Shown here piece after piece: positions 8,220-17,362 of a stretch of DNA of 64,000 bases. Location: positions 608,632 through 672,631 of the forward strand of contig CAWFAD010000016.1 of NCBI GenBank assembly GCA_963813815.1. The letters are read 5' to 3'. How positions within the stretch are numbered: the stretch's first letter is position 1; each line of letters begins with the position of its first letter. The notes below the pieces were generated by a model. That model saw only the letters and a program-made list of their open reading frames with translations, was not told where the DNA came from and made no database searches. This DNA is from an uncultured bacterium. GTDB taxonomy: Bacteria > Krumholzibacteriota > Krumholzibacteriia > Krumholzibacteriales > Krumholzibacteriaceae. The translations under genes and the position numbers were made by a program.

Positions 8220-10211
8220 TCATTTCACGCGCGCGAACCTGACGGCGCAGCCGCCCCCGGCGGCCAGATCGACCGTGAGGCTGTCGGCGCCGGAGACGCG
8301 GTGCTCCGTGACGAGCACTTCCCCCGGATCGGCGCCCGCGTTCGGTCCGTCGGCGTACACGGTCGCCGCGAAGCGGTCCCGGCCGAGAAAAGCGAGGGGA
8401 AGAACGATGCGCCGAGGCGTGCCGTCCGTCATCGCGCCGACGTACCATTCCTTGCCGCGGCGCCGCGCGACGGCGATATAGTCGGCGATCGCGCCGTCGA
8501 TCACCTTCGTCTCGTCCCATGTCGTGGGGACCGACGCGATGAACTCGAACCCGGGCCGGTCGCGATACGCGCCCGGCCAGTCGCACACCATCTGGAGGGG
8601 GCTCTCGTACACCACGTACATGGCGAGCTGCTGGCAGCGCGTCGTCATGACCTTCGGCGAGGAAGAGTCGGGAACGAAGACGTCCGGTCGCACGTTGTCG
8701 AATCCGCCCGGGCCGTAATCCATCGGGCCCGCGAGCATGCGCGTGAAGGGGATCGTGACGTTGTGCTCGGGAGTCACCCAGTCGTGCCATTTGACGTGCT
8801 TGTTTCCGCCCACGCCTTCGCGGGTGAGAAGATTCGGCCACGTGCGCTGGAGCCCCGTTTCCTTGAACGCGCCGTGGAGGGAGACGACGAGACGGCTCCG
8901 GGCGGCCGCGTCCAGCGTCTTTTCACACCACTCGACCATTTCCTGATCGTCGCGGTTCAGATGGTCGATTTTGACGCCGGCGGCGCCCCACCGCTCGTAC
9001 ACGGCGAAGATCGAATCGATCTGACGGTCGACGTTTTTCCAGTGAACCCAGAGAATGGCGCCGACGCCCCGCTCGCGCGCGTAGGAGAGGAGCTCGGGAA
9101 GCCGGAGCCGCGGATCGGGTTTCGTCGCGTCGAACGAATCGGGGTTCGCGATGACGGAATGCTCGGGGCCGTACCACGGCGGGTCGATCTCGACGTAGGG
9201 AATGCGGTTCTCCGCGGCGAAATCGACGTAGTATTTCTGATTCTCGAAGGTCATCCGGCTCGGAACGCCCGGCGCGTCGCTCCTGAAATCGGGCCACCAG
9301 GGAAAGAGCACGAGCCCGGGCTTGATGTAGTCGTCGTCGTCGACCTTGCTTCTGCGGGCGAGGCTCGTCACGATCGCCGATTCGACGAGCGCTCCGGGGG
9401 TTTTGCCGAGCATGATGACGCGCCACGGCGTTCGGCGGGGGGAGTTCGCGCGGACGCAGATCCCGCTCGAGTCGGGAAGCGGGGAGAGTCTCGAGACGAG
9501 GGTATGGGCGCTTCCCCCGAGCGCGCCGAGCGACATCCCCGCGTACTCGGCGAGGTCCGCCTCGGTGATCGCGAGCGTGATGCCGTCGTCGCGCTGAATG
9601 GTGAGCGGCACGGCGACGATCGATTCCGGACGGATGTCGTCGATCGAGATCTCGTCGTAGGGGCGGTCGAAGGCCGAAACCCACCGGTCGAGCCGTTGCG
9701 CCCAGCAGCGATGGTTGTCGGGGAAGCGGAAGGCGCTCCACTCGGCCACGAGCTCGAACGGCTTGAAGAGCTTCTGTTTGGGGATGACGTACCGGAACGC
9801 GACGCCGTCGTCGTACGCGCGGAGCACGAGGTCGAACCGCCGGTGCGGTTTGACCGTTTCCTTGAGCGAGACCGTGATCTCGTTGTAGCGATCGCGCGCC
9901 TTTTCACGTTTTCCGGCGACGAGGGTGTACTCGTCGTCCCCGCCGCGGCGATCGAACCCCGTGCGCTCGAGACCCTGAGCGAGCAGCCCGCCCTGTTTGA
10001 ACTCGAGGCCGAGCGGGGCGTCGGCGATGATGGACGTTTTGCCGTAGCTCACCGAGTAGCGCGGCGTTCCGGCCTCGTCGAGCGCGAGCGAGATCTCGGT
10101 GACGTACCCGGGGGAGACGACGCGGATCGGCTTCTCGTACCGGCCGGTGTAGATGAGGAGGGGAATGACGACGAACAGTATGATACCGGCGCCGATCCAA
10201 GCCTTCCGCAT
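8220..10211 (-). CDS. Glycoside hydrolase family 97 (retaining-type signature)
   Basis: RAYDDGVAFRY, TPWRVI, GVKID, PFTRMLAGPMDY, QLAMYVVYESPLQM, VPTTWDET; N-terminal anchor. Confidence 0.92.
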   Translation of the reverse strand: MRKAWIGAGIILFVVIPLLIYTGRYEKPIRVVSPGYVTEISLALDEAGTPRYSVSYGKTSIIADAPLGLEFKQGGLLAQGLERTGFDRRGGDDEYTLVAGKREKARDRYNEITVSLKETVKPHRRFDLVLRAYDDGVAFRYVIPKQKLFKPFELVAEWSAFRFPDNHRCWAQRLDRWVSAFDRPYDEISIDDIRPESIVAVPLTIQRDDGITLAITEADLAEYAGMSLGALGGSAHTLVSRLSPLPDSSGICVRANSPRRTPWRVIMLGKTPGALVESAIVTSLARRSKVDDDDYIKPGLVLFPWWPDFRSDAPGVPSRMTFENQKYYVDFAAENRIPYVEIDPPWYGPEHSVIANPDSFDATKPDPRLRLPELLSYARERGVGAILWVHWKNVDRQIDSIFAVYERWGAAGVKIDHLNRDDQEMVEWCEKTLDAAARSRLVVSLHGAFKETGLQRTWPNLLTREGVGGNKHVKWHDWVTPEHNVTIPFTRMLAGPMDYGPGGFDNVRPDVFVPDSSSPKVMTTRCQQLAMYVVYESPLQMVCDWPGAYRDRPGFEFIASVPTTWDETKVIDGAIADYIAVARRRGKEWYVGAMTDGTPRRIVLPLAFLGRDRFAATVYADGPNAGADPGEVLVTEHRVSGADSLTVDLAAGGGCAVRFARVK

Positions 10212-10302
10212 GAGAGCCTCCTTCGAGCCTTCGCCGAAACCGGACACGCGTCCCGCGCGCCCCTATTGTGCCCCATCCCCCGCGTCCTGCGCAATCCCTA
10301 TT

Positions 10303-10327
10303 CCCGCGGCGAAGCGTTCGCCGCGGG
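10303..10327. terminator. GC-rich hairpin between cstA and GH97 (possible terminator)
   Basis: Perfect 11-bp inverted repeat CCCGCGGCGAA-GCG-TTCGCCGCGGG; no clear U-tract. Confidence 0.4.
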
Positions 10328-10353
10328 CGCTTGCCGCAGGCATCGGTCGCGGT

Positions 10354-12027
10354 TCATCCTTCCGCGCGGCGCCGCGGGGCGAGCGCGCGAAACGCCTCGA
10401 CGACGAGCCAGCCGCACAACACGAGCAGGATGATGCCGCAGGTTCCCGCGATGGCGACATCCGGTCTCGTCGCGGTTCCCGTCGCGATCGATTCGAGGAA
10501 CGGAATGATCTGTAGCGCGAGCGACCAGAGCGTGAAGACCATCATGAAGATCATCGGCGCGACGGCGAACCACGCGCGCCGGCCGGTTCGCACGAGATAT
10601 ACCGACACCGCGAGCAGCGTGAGGCTCGCGAGAAGCTGGTTGCTCGTTCCGAAGATCGGCCAGGCGACGAGATAGCCCTTCTCCTCCGTCGCCATGAGGA
10701 ACGCGAGCGGCAGGAGGAGCGTGGCGAACGCCGCGAGCGCGGCCCCCCTCGCCGTCCGCCAGCCGAAGAGCTCCTGAAGGATGTAGCGCGCGAGACGGGT
10801 GCAGACGTCGAGCGTGTCGTAGACGAAGGTCGAAAACGCGAGCAGCGCGAATGACAGGGCGAGCCCCGGGTCGATCCCCAGCATCGCGAGATATCGCGAG
10901 AGCCCGCCGGCGTAGACGACGTTTGGGTCGGCCGCGAGCGCCGGATCGCCCTTGGGAAGCATCATCACCGTGGCGAGGGCGAGCACCGCGACGAGCCCTT
11001 CGAGGATCATCGACCCGTAGCCGACGACGCGGGTGTCCGACTCGCGGCAGATCTGCTTCGAGGTCGTGCCCGAGCTCACGATGCCGTGGAATCCCGAGCA
11101 CGCCCCGCACGCGACGGTGATAAAGACGAGGGGAATGACGGGTTTTCCGTTTTCGAGGCTGAGAATCCCGTCGAGGTTGAGCGCGGGATACCGGATCGCG
11201 TAGCCGCCGAAGAGCGATCCGAAGAGGGCGACGGCCATCGTGAGATAGAGAAACCAGCCGCCGAGATATCCGCGGGGCTGGAGGAGGAGCCACATCGGCA
11301 GGAGCGAGGCGATGAAACAGTACACGAGAAGCCCGGCTTCCCACGATTTGACCGGCACCGAGAGGAGCGCCCGCGAGACGGAGGGCGGCAGGAGCGTGCC
11401 GGCCCAGACGGCGAGCAGCACGAGTGGAACGAAGATCGCGGTCGCCGCGCCGAGGGAGAGCCTCGTTCTGCGCAGAACGATCCCCATGAGCATGCCGGCG
11501 CCGAGGTAGAGGATGGAGCTCGCCGCCACGCCGGGGCCGAAGGCTTGCGACGCGGTCGCCGTCTTGAAGGTCTGGGCCGTGATGTCGGTGAAGGCTATGA
11601 TGACGTAGACGAGGGCGAACCAGACGAACACGAGGAAGAGAATCCAGCTCGTGCGCGACATGTACCGCTTGACGATCTCGCCGATCGAAGCGGCGCCGTG
11701 CCTCACGGAGGCGAACATGCTGGCGAAATCGTGCACGCCTCCGATGAAGATCGCGCCGAAGAGAATCCAGATGAGCGCGGGAAGCCAGCCGAACCAGATG
11801 CCCGCGAGGATGGGTCCCACGATGGGCCCCGCGGCGGCGATCGCCGAGAAGTGCTGCCCGAGCAGGAGCGGGGCCTTCGCCGGCACGAAATCGACGCCGT
11901 CGTTCGCCGCGCACGCCGGGGTCGGCCGCGAGTCGTCGATCCCGAGCCGCCGGGCGAGAAATCGCCCGTACCAGACGTACCCGGCCCCGAGCAAAACCGT
12001 CGAGACGAGCACCACGGCTGATATCAT
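10354..12027 (-). CDS. cstA: Carbon starvation protein A family transporter
   Basis: DGVDFVP, QHFSAIAAAGPIVGP, GGVHDF, LLQPRGYL, ACGACSGFH, WPIFGTSNQLLA. Confidence 0.93.
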   Translation of the reverse strand: MISAVVLVSTVLLGAGYVWYGRFLARRLGIDDSRPTPACAANDGVDFVPAKAPLLLGQHFSAIAAAGPIVGPILAGIWFGWLPALIWILFGAIFIGGVHDFASMFASVRHGAASIGEIVKRYMSRTSWILFLVFVWFALVYVIIAFTDITAQTFKTATASQAFGPGVAASSILYLGAGMLMGIVLRRTRLSLGAATAIFVPLVLLAVWAGTLLPPSVSRALLSVPVKSWEAGLLVYCFIASLLPMWLLLQPRGYLGGWFLYLTMAVALFGSLFGGYAIRYPALNLDGILSLENGKPVIPLVFITVACGACSGFHGIVSSGTTSKQICRESDTRVVGYGSMILEGLVAVLALATVMMLPKGDPALAADPNVVYAGGLSRYLAMLGIDPGLALSFALLAFSTFVYDTLDVCTRLARYILQELFGWRTARGAALAAFATLLLPLAFLMATEEKGYLVAWPIFGTSNQLLASLTLLAVSVYLVRTGRRAWFAVAPMIFMMVFTLWSLALQIIPFLESIATGTATRPDVAIAGTCGIILLVLCGWLVVEAFRALAPRRRAEG

Positions 12028-12118
12028 GCGGCATCCTCCACGGCGCCGCGTTCGCGCGGCGGACGCCGCCCAGTAAACCATAGCGATGGCCGCCAGTCCA
12101 GCGGAGGTTTTCGCCGTC

Positions 12119-12147
12119 TTGACCGTGCCGGTCCCGTGCACTACGAT
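12119..12147 (+). promoter_or_regulatory. Putative sigma70 promoter
   Basis: TTGACC-N17-TACGAT upstream of the 12213 ORF. Confidence 0.5.
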
Positions 12148-12212
12148 GGCCTCGTGGCCGCCGGAACGTCGTCGCCGGCGGCGCGAGCGCGGGATTCCAC
12201 GAGGGAGCGATC

Positions 12213-14768
12213 ATGATGCGTGAACGTCCATTCGGCGTCTTTCTGCTGGCGATTTCATTCCTGGTTTCGGCCGTCGCTCCGTCCCCGGCGCGGGCCGGGG
12301 GCGCGATCCCCATCGTCCGAGGGCTCGCGCTGCCCGTGCCGGAGTGGTACGCGGAGGTCGTCGTCGCTCCGAATCCCGTGGAGGCGGCGCTCGCGCTCGG
12401 TTCCTGGAAAGCGCCGGCCGCCGGGGAAACGGCCGGCTGGCCGCGGGGAGAAACGACGGCCTGGCGCGCCGTCGCGGCCGGCTCCGACGGGTGGTTCTCC
12501 GACAGCGTTCTCGCGGGATGCTATCTCCGCGCGGCCGTCGACGTCGAGCGCGCTTCGGTGATGATCCTCCGCGCGAAGGGGGACGAGATGGTCTACGTGA
12601 ACGGCGTTCCGCGCGCCGGCAACCCGTACTGTCTTTCCGACGGGCGCGAGGCGTGGGAGACCGATTTCGACTACTCGCTCCTGCCCGTGGATCTCAGAAA
12701 GGGGAGGAACGAGTTTCTCTTTCGCTGCGCCCGCGGAGCTCTCAAGGCGGAGCTCTACCCCCCGCCGAAGCCGGTGTTTCTGAACGGGCGCGACGCCACG
12801 CTCCCCGATTTCGTCGCGGGCGTCGCGATTCGAACCGACGGCGCGATCGTCGTGGTGAACGCCACGGCCAAACCGCTCCGCGATCTCGTCATCCGGACGA
12901 GGGTCGGGGCGGTGGGCGATCCGGTGGAAACGAGCGTGCCGCTCATCGAGAAGCTCACCGTTCGCAAGGTTCGCTTCGCTCTCGCCGGAGCCGCGCCGGG
13001 AGGCCCCGGGGCGATCGCGGTCGATATCGCGCTGTGCCGAAAGAGCGGGTCGGGCTTCGAGGAGCTCGACAGCCTCTCGCGTGAGCTGCGCGTCGTCGAC
13101 GCCGGAGCGAACCGGGCGGAGACCTTCGTGAGCTCCGTCGACGGGAGCGTGCAGTACTACGCCGTCAATCCGGCGCGCGCTTCCGCGGGGGCCGGCCAGT
13201 CCGGCGGCGGCGATCCGAAGGCGCTCGTGCTCTCGCTCCACGGCGCCGCCGTCGAGGCGATCAACCAGTCGGCCTCGTACGAGCCGAAATCGTGGGCGCA
13301 TATCGTCGCCCCGACGAACCGCCGGCCCTACGGGTTCAACTGGGAGGAGTGGGGGCGCCTCGACGCCATGGAGGTGCTGGATCTCGTTCGAGAGCGCTAC
13401 CGCGTCGACGAGGAGCGCGTCTATCTCACCGGTCATTCGATGGGGGGGCACGGGGTCTGGCATCTCGCTTCGCTGTTCCCCGACCGGTTCGCCGCGGCGG
13501 CGCCGAGCGCGGGCTGGATCTCCTTCTGGACCTACCGCTTTCGCGGGAAGAACCTCGCCGACACCTCGGCCGTTCGCCGCATGATCCGGCGCTCGACCTG
13601 CCCGAGCGAAACCTTTCTCCACGCGCCGAACCTCTCGCCGCTCGGTCTCTACATTCTGCACGGCGCCGCCGACGACAACGTCCCTCCGTCGGAGTCGCGG
13701 ACCATGGTCGACTCGCTTCGCGGGATTCACGGCGATTTCGTGTATCACGAGGAACCCGGCGCCGGCCACTGGTGGGACCTCTCGGACGAGCCGGGAGCCG
13801 ACTGCGTCGACTGGCCCCCGATGTTCGATTTCTTCGCGCGGCACGCGCGTCCCGGAAAGGAGCGTGTTCGCGAGGTTCATTTCGCGACGTCGAATCCCGG
13901 CGTGTCGGCCCGCTGCAACTGGCTCGCGATCGATGCGCAGGTCGAGCAGCTCTCGATGAGCCGCGCCGACGTTCGTTTCGATCCGGGCATGAACCGCCTC
14001 ACGGGCGCGACCCGCAACGTCTCGAGGCTCGCGATCGATCTCGCCATGGCGCGCCCGGGCGAGCCGGTCTCGATAGCGCTCGACGGGCAGACGTTGCGCC
14101 ATCCCGGGCGGGGCGGCGGGGAGGAGACGCTCTGGCTCTGGCTCGTGAACGGCAGGTGGTCGGTCGGCGGCGAGCCCTGGAACGAGCAGAAAGGCTCGCA
14201 CCGTTACGGGACGTTCAAAGAGGCGTTCCGCAACCGCGTCGTTTTCGTGTACGGGACGAAGGGCAGCCGCGAGGAAAACGTCTGGGCCTACGGCAAGGCG
14301 CGCTACGACGCGGAGAAGCTCTGGTATCAGGGGAACGGCTCCGTCGAGGTCGTCTCCGACCGGGATTTCAAACCGGCCGCGGAGCCGGACCGAAGCGTCG
14401 TTCTCTACGGCAGCGCGTCCACGAACGCCGCGTGGAAGGCGCTTCTGGGGGATAGCCCCGTGCAGGTGCGCGCCGGCGCGGTCGAGTTCGGCGGCCGGGT
14501 GCTCGGCGGGAAGGATCTCTGCTGCGTCTTTGTCCGGCCCCGTTCCGGCAGCCGCACGGCGAGCGTGGCGGCCGTCGCGGGCACCGGGATAGCCGGAATG
14601 CGGATCGTGAACCGGCTGCCGTATCTGAGCCCCGGGGTGGGCCTCCCCGACTGCGTCGTGCTCGATCCGCGGGTCCTCACGCGGGGCGACTCCGGCGTCG
14701 TGCTCGCCGGATTTTTCGGAATCGACTGGAGCATCGACGGCGGCGAGTGGGCGGGAGCGGGGCGCTGA
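12213..14768 (+). CDS. Secreted alpha/beta hydrolase (S9 prolyl-oligopeptidase/esterase-like)
   Basis: Signal peptide; LHGA, YLTGHSMGG nucleophile, HGAADDNVP (Asp), GAGHWW (His). Confidence 0.8.
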   Translation: MMRERPFGVFLLAISFLVSAVAPSPARAGGAIPIVRGLALPVPEWYAEVVVAPNPVEAALALGSWKAPAAGETAGWPRGETTAWRAVAAGSDGWFSDSVLAGCYLRAAVDVERASVMILRAKGDEMVYVNGVPRAGNPYCLSDGREAWETDFDYSLLPVDLRKGRNEFLFRCARGALKAELYPPPKPVFLNGRDATLPDFVAGVAIRTDGAIVVVNATAKPLRDLVIRTRVGAVGDPVETSVPLIEKLTVRKVRFALAGAAPGGPGAIAVDIALCRKSGSGFEELDSLSRELRVVDAGANRAETFVSSVDGSVQYYAVNPARASAGAGQSGGGDPKALVLSLHGAAVEAINQSASYEPKSWAHIVAPTNRRPYGFNWEEWGRLDAMEVLDLVRERYRVDEERVYLTGHSMGGHGVWHLASLFPDRFAAAAPSAGWISFWTYRFRGKNLADTSAVRRMIRRSTCPSETFLHAPNLSPLGLYILHGAADDNVPPSESRTMVDSLRGIHGDFVYHEEPGAGHWWDLSDEPGADCVDWPPMFDFFARHARPGKERVREVHFATSNPGVSARCNWLAIDAQVEQLSMSRADVRFDPGMNRLTGATRNVSRLAIDLAMARPGEPVSIALDGQTLRHPGRGGGEETLWLWLVNGRWSVGGEPWNEQKGSHRYGTFKEAFRNRVVFVYGTKGSREENVWAYGKARYDAEKLWYQGNGSVEVVSDRDFKPAAEPDRSVVLYGSASTNAAWKALLGDSPVQVRAGAVEFGGRVLGGKDLCCVFVRPRSGSRTASVAAVAGTGIAGMRIVNRLPYLSPGVGLPDCVVLDPRVLTRGDSGVVLAGFFGIDWSIDGGEWAGAGR

Positions 14769-14853
14769 GAGTTTTTCGTTTCCTTTCCCGCGGACCCGCC
14801 GTAACATGGGCCGCGACGAATCGGTTCCGCATCCACGACAGAGGAGGTTCTCC

Positions 14854-15780
14854 ATGCAGTCACGCGCCGGCACACGGATGCTCGCGACGATCGCCGTGCT
14901 CGTTCTCCTGGCGCCGCCGGCCGGGGCGCAGCTCGCGGACCAGCTGTCCGCCTATTCCGGCGCCAACGCGGAGGGATACCTGGGACCGCTCGCGGACGCG
15001 CTCGGGGCCGACCTCAACGCCGGGATCTACCGGACGGCCTCCATTCCGGTAGCGGGCCCCCTTCTTCGGCTCGAGATCCAGATCATGAGCGTTCTGTTCT
15101 CCGGCGGCGATCGCACGTTCGACGCTCTCACCGAGGAGGGGTTCACGCCCGAACAGCGCGTCGAAGCGCCGACCGTCGTCGGCTCAACGACCGCGGTGAC
15201 CGTCGACGGGGACGGCGGAACGCGGTTCTCGTTCCCCGGCGGTTTCGATCTCAGCTCGTTCGCGCTCGCCGTGCCGCAGCTGCGAGTCGGCGCGCTGATG
15301 GGCACGGAGCTCCTCTTCCGGTACTTCGCGGCGCAGATGGGGGAGGACGATCTCGGCACCGTCAGCCTCTTCGGCATCGGAGCCCGCCATAGCATTTCCC
15401 AGTACTTCGGTCCCCTGCTCCCCGTCGACGTCGCGGCGGGCTTTTTCTGGCAGCAGCTCAAGCTCGGCGAGGACGATCAGGGCAACGACATTATCGCGAC
15501 GAGCGCCCTCTCGTTCGGGGTGCAGGCGAGCAAGGAGATCGTGAAGTTCGTCGCTCCCTACGGCGGGATCTCCTACGACTCGCACTCGACGGAAGTCACC
15601 TACGAGAACGACTCCTTCGACGCGGAGGAGACCGTCGATCTCGATTTCGAGCGAACCGATACGGTGCGTCTCACGCTCGGGCTCATGATCGATCTTCCGG
15701 TATTCAAGGCCTTCGCGGAGTACAACGTGGCGGCTCAGAACAGCTTCGCCTTCGGTATCGGGCTGGGATTCGGCGGCTGA
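14854..15780 (+). CDS. Putative outer-membrane beta-barrel protein (DUF6588-like)
   Basis: GAGGAGG RBS, signal peptide (AGA-Q), 'NAEGYLGPLADALGADLNAG', alternating strands ending FAFGIGLGF. Confidence 0.65.
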   Translation: MQSRAGTRMLATIAVLVLLAPPAGAQLADQLSAYSGANAEGYLGPLADALGADLNAGIYRTASIPVAGPLLRLEIQIMSVLFSGGDRTFDALTEEGFTPEQRVEAPTVVGSTTAVTVDGDGGTRFSFPGGFDLSSFALAVPQLRVGALMGTELLFRYFAAQMGEDDLGTVSLFGIGARHSISQYFGPLLPVDVAAGFFWQQLKLGEDDQGNDIIATSALSFGVQASKEIVKFVAPYGGISYDSHSTEVTYENDSFDAEETVDLDFERTDTVRLTLGLMIDLPVFKAFAEYNVAAQNSFAFGIGLGFGG

Positions 15781-15814
15781 CGCGCGGTCATCCGCGGGAA
15801 GGAGCTTGTTGAAC

Positions 15815-16432
15815 ATGAAACGTGCGAAGAAAGCAACCGTGCCGATCCTCCTGCTCGCCGGGCTCGCCGCGGTCTCGGGCAACTGCATCATGGAGGATCG
15901 CGTGGTCGAGGTCGTGCTGAACGATTCGACGTGCGCGGGCTGGTACGAGTATCATCAATCCTACGATTATACGAACGAGATGCCCCTCGCGTTCGCGGGG
16001 GAGATCGAGCGGATACTCGAGGACAACGATCTGTCTCGGGCGGACGTCGTTTCGGCGCACCTCGTGCGCGCGACGTACGGGGTCACCGAGTTCTCCCACA
16101 CGCACGACTGGCACGTGACCGGACTCGTGACGGTCAGGCGAATCGACGTTTCGGACGGTCCGAGCGTGCTGTTCGATTACGAGAGTCTGTCGATCGCGGG
16201 CGCGCTCGGCCTGAATCTCCCCGTGGTGCTCCAGGAAGGCGGCGTCGGCGTCATCAATCGAGCGCTCGCCGATTTCATCGCGGGGGAGAACCCCATTCTC
16301 ATGTTCGGGGTGGATAACAGCGGCGTCGTCCCCGAGCCGAGCGTCGTCGACCCGATTCAGTTCATCTGGCGGGCCTGCATCTACGTGCAGGTCATTACCG
16401 CCGTGGATGTGGAGGTGCCCGACCCGTTCTGA
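15815..16432 (+). CDS. Hypothetical lipoprotein
   Basis: AAGGAG RBS; basic N-terminus, hydrophobic core, SGNC lipobox-like. Confidence 0.65.
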   Translation: MKRAKKATVPILLLAGLAAVSGNCIMEDRVVEVVLNDSTCAGWYEYHQSYDYTNEMPLAFAGEIERILEDNDLSRADVVSAHLVRATYGVTEFSHTHDWHVTGLVTVRRIDVSDGPSVLFDYESLSIAGALGLNLPVVLQEGGVGVINRALADFIAGENPILMFGVDNSGVVPEPSVVDPIQFIWRACIYVQVITAVDVEVPDPF

Positions 16433-16445
16433 CCGCGCGTCGCGT

Positions 16446-17285
16446 TCATATCCGCAGCTCGACGGCGATGCCGATCGTGTTCCCGCGCGGGGCGAGAACG
16501 ATGACGGCGTCGCCCCCGCCCGAGCGGTGCAGGCGCGGAATGATCCATCCGACCGCGCTTCCCACGACGGCTCCCGCGATGACATCCGTCGGAAAATGCT
16601 TGCCCGCCTCGCACCGGGCGGCGCCGATCGCCGCCGCGGCGAGCAGCGATCCCGTCCAGACGTACGGCCGGGCCCGCGAATCCGGATGATACGCTCCGTG
16701 AACGGTCGAGAGAAAAACCGCCGAGGCGAATGCGATGCTCGCGTGGCGCGAAAAGAACGAGCGCCGGGGTTCGTCCTCGAGGCGAATCTCCATCGGCGCT
16801 TCCGGATTGTAGACCTGGGGGCGGATGCGCTCGAACGACGCCTTCGCGTAGGAGGGAATCGCCGCCGCGAAGGCGATGGTCTCGAGATACAGCGTCGATA
16901 GCTCCGGCCAGTCGCGCCGCACGGCGGGATCCGCCGCGAGCGCGAGCGGGGCGGCGACGAGCGCGGCGATGAGCACGTTGCTCGCGACCCGCGCGTCCTC
17001 GCTGTAGCTCGAGGCGGCCGGCCGGTCGAACGAGTTGATATCGTCGCGCGAGAGCGCCTCGATCTCCTCGGCCGTCATGTTCGGCGTCGAACCCTCCACG
17101 ATCGCCGCTCCGGCGATCGCGAGCGCGCCGGCTCCCGCGATCCAGCCGTCCCGCAAGACGCCGATCCGGTACGGCGGGCGCGCCTGAGCGGGGGAATATC
17201 CGCACGGACGGAGGGGGAGAGTCTCCGCGGCGATCGGCAGAGCCGCGGCGATCGCGAGCGCGCAGCACGCGCTGAACGCGCGCAT
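16446..17285 (-). CDS. PAP2-family phosphatase
   Basis: K-x6-RP (KASFERIRP), SFFSRH (variant of PSGH), R-x5-HFPTD; start approximate. Confidence 0.8.
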   Translation of the reverse strand: MRAFSACCALAIAAALPIAAETLPLRPCGYSPAQARPPYRIGVLRDGWIAGAGALAIAGAAIVEGSTPNMTAEEIEALSRDDINSFDRPAASSYSEDARVASNVLIAALVAAPLALAADPAVRRDWPELSTLYLETIAFAAAIPSYAKASFERIRPQVYNPEAPMEIRLEDEPRRSFFSRHASIAFASAVFLSTVHGAYHPDSRARPYVWTGSLLAAAAIGAARCEAGKHFPTDVIAGAVVGSAVGWIIPRLHRSGGGDAVIVLAPRGNTIGIAVELRI

Positions 17286-17362
17286 CCATGAGCCGCATCT
17301 GCGATCTCCGTGCCGCACGAGAATAGATGGTACCGGATTCCCCCGCCTCCGATAAAGCACAA

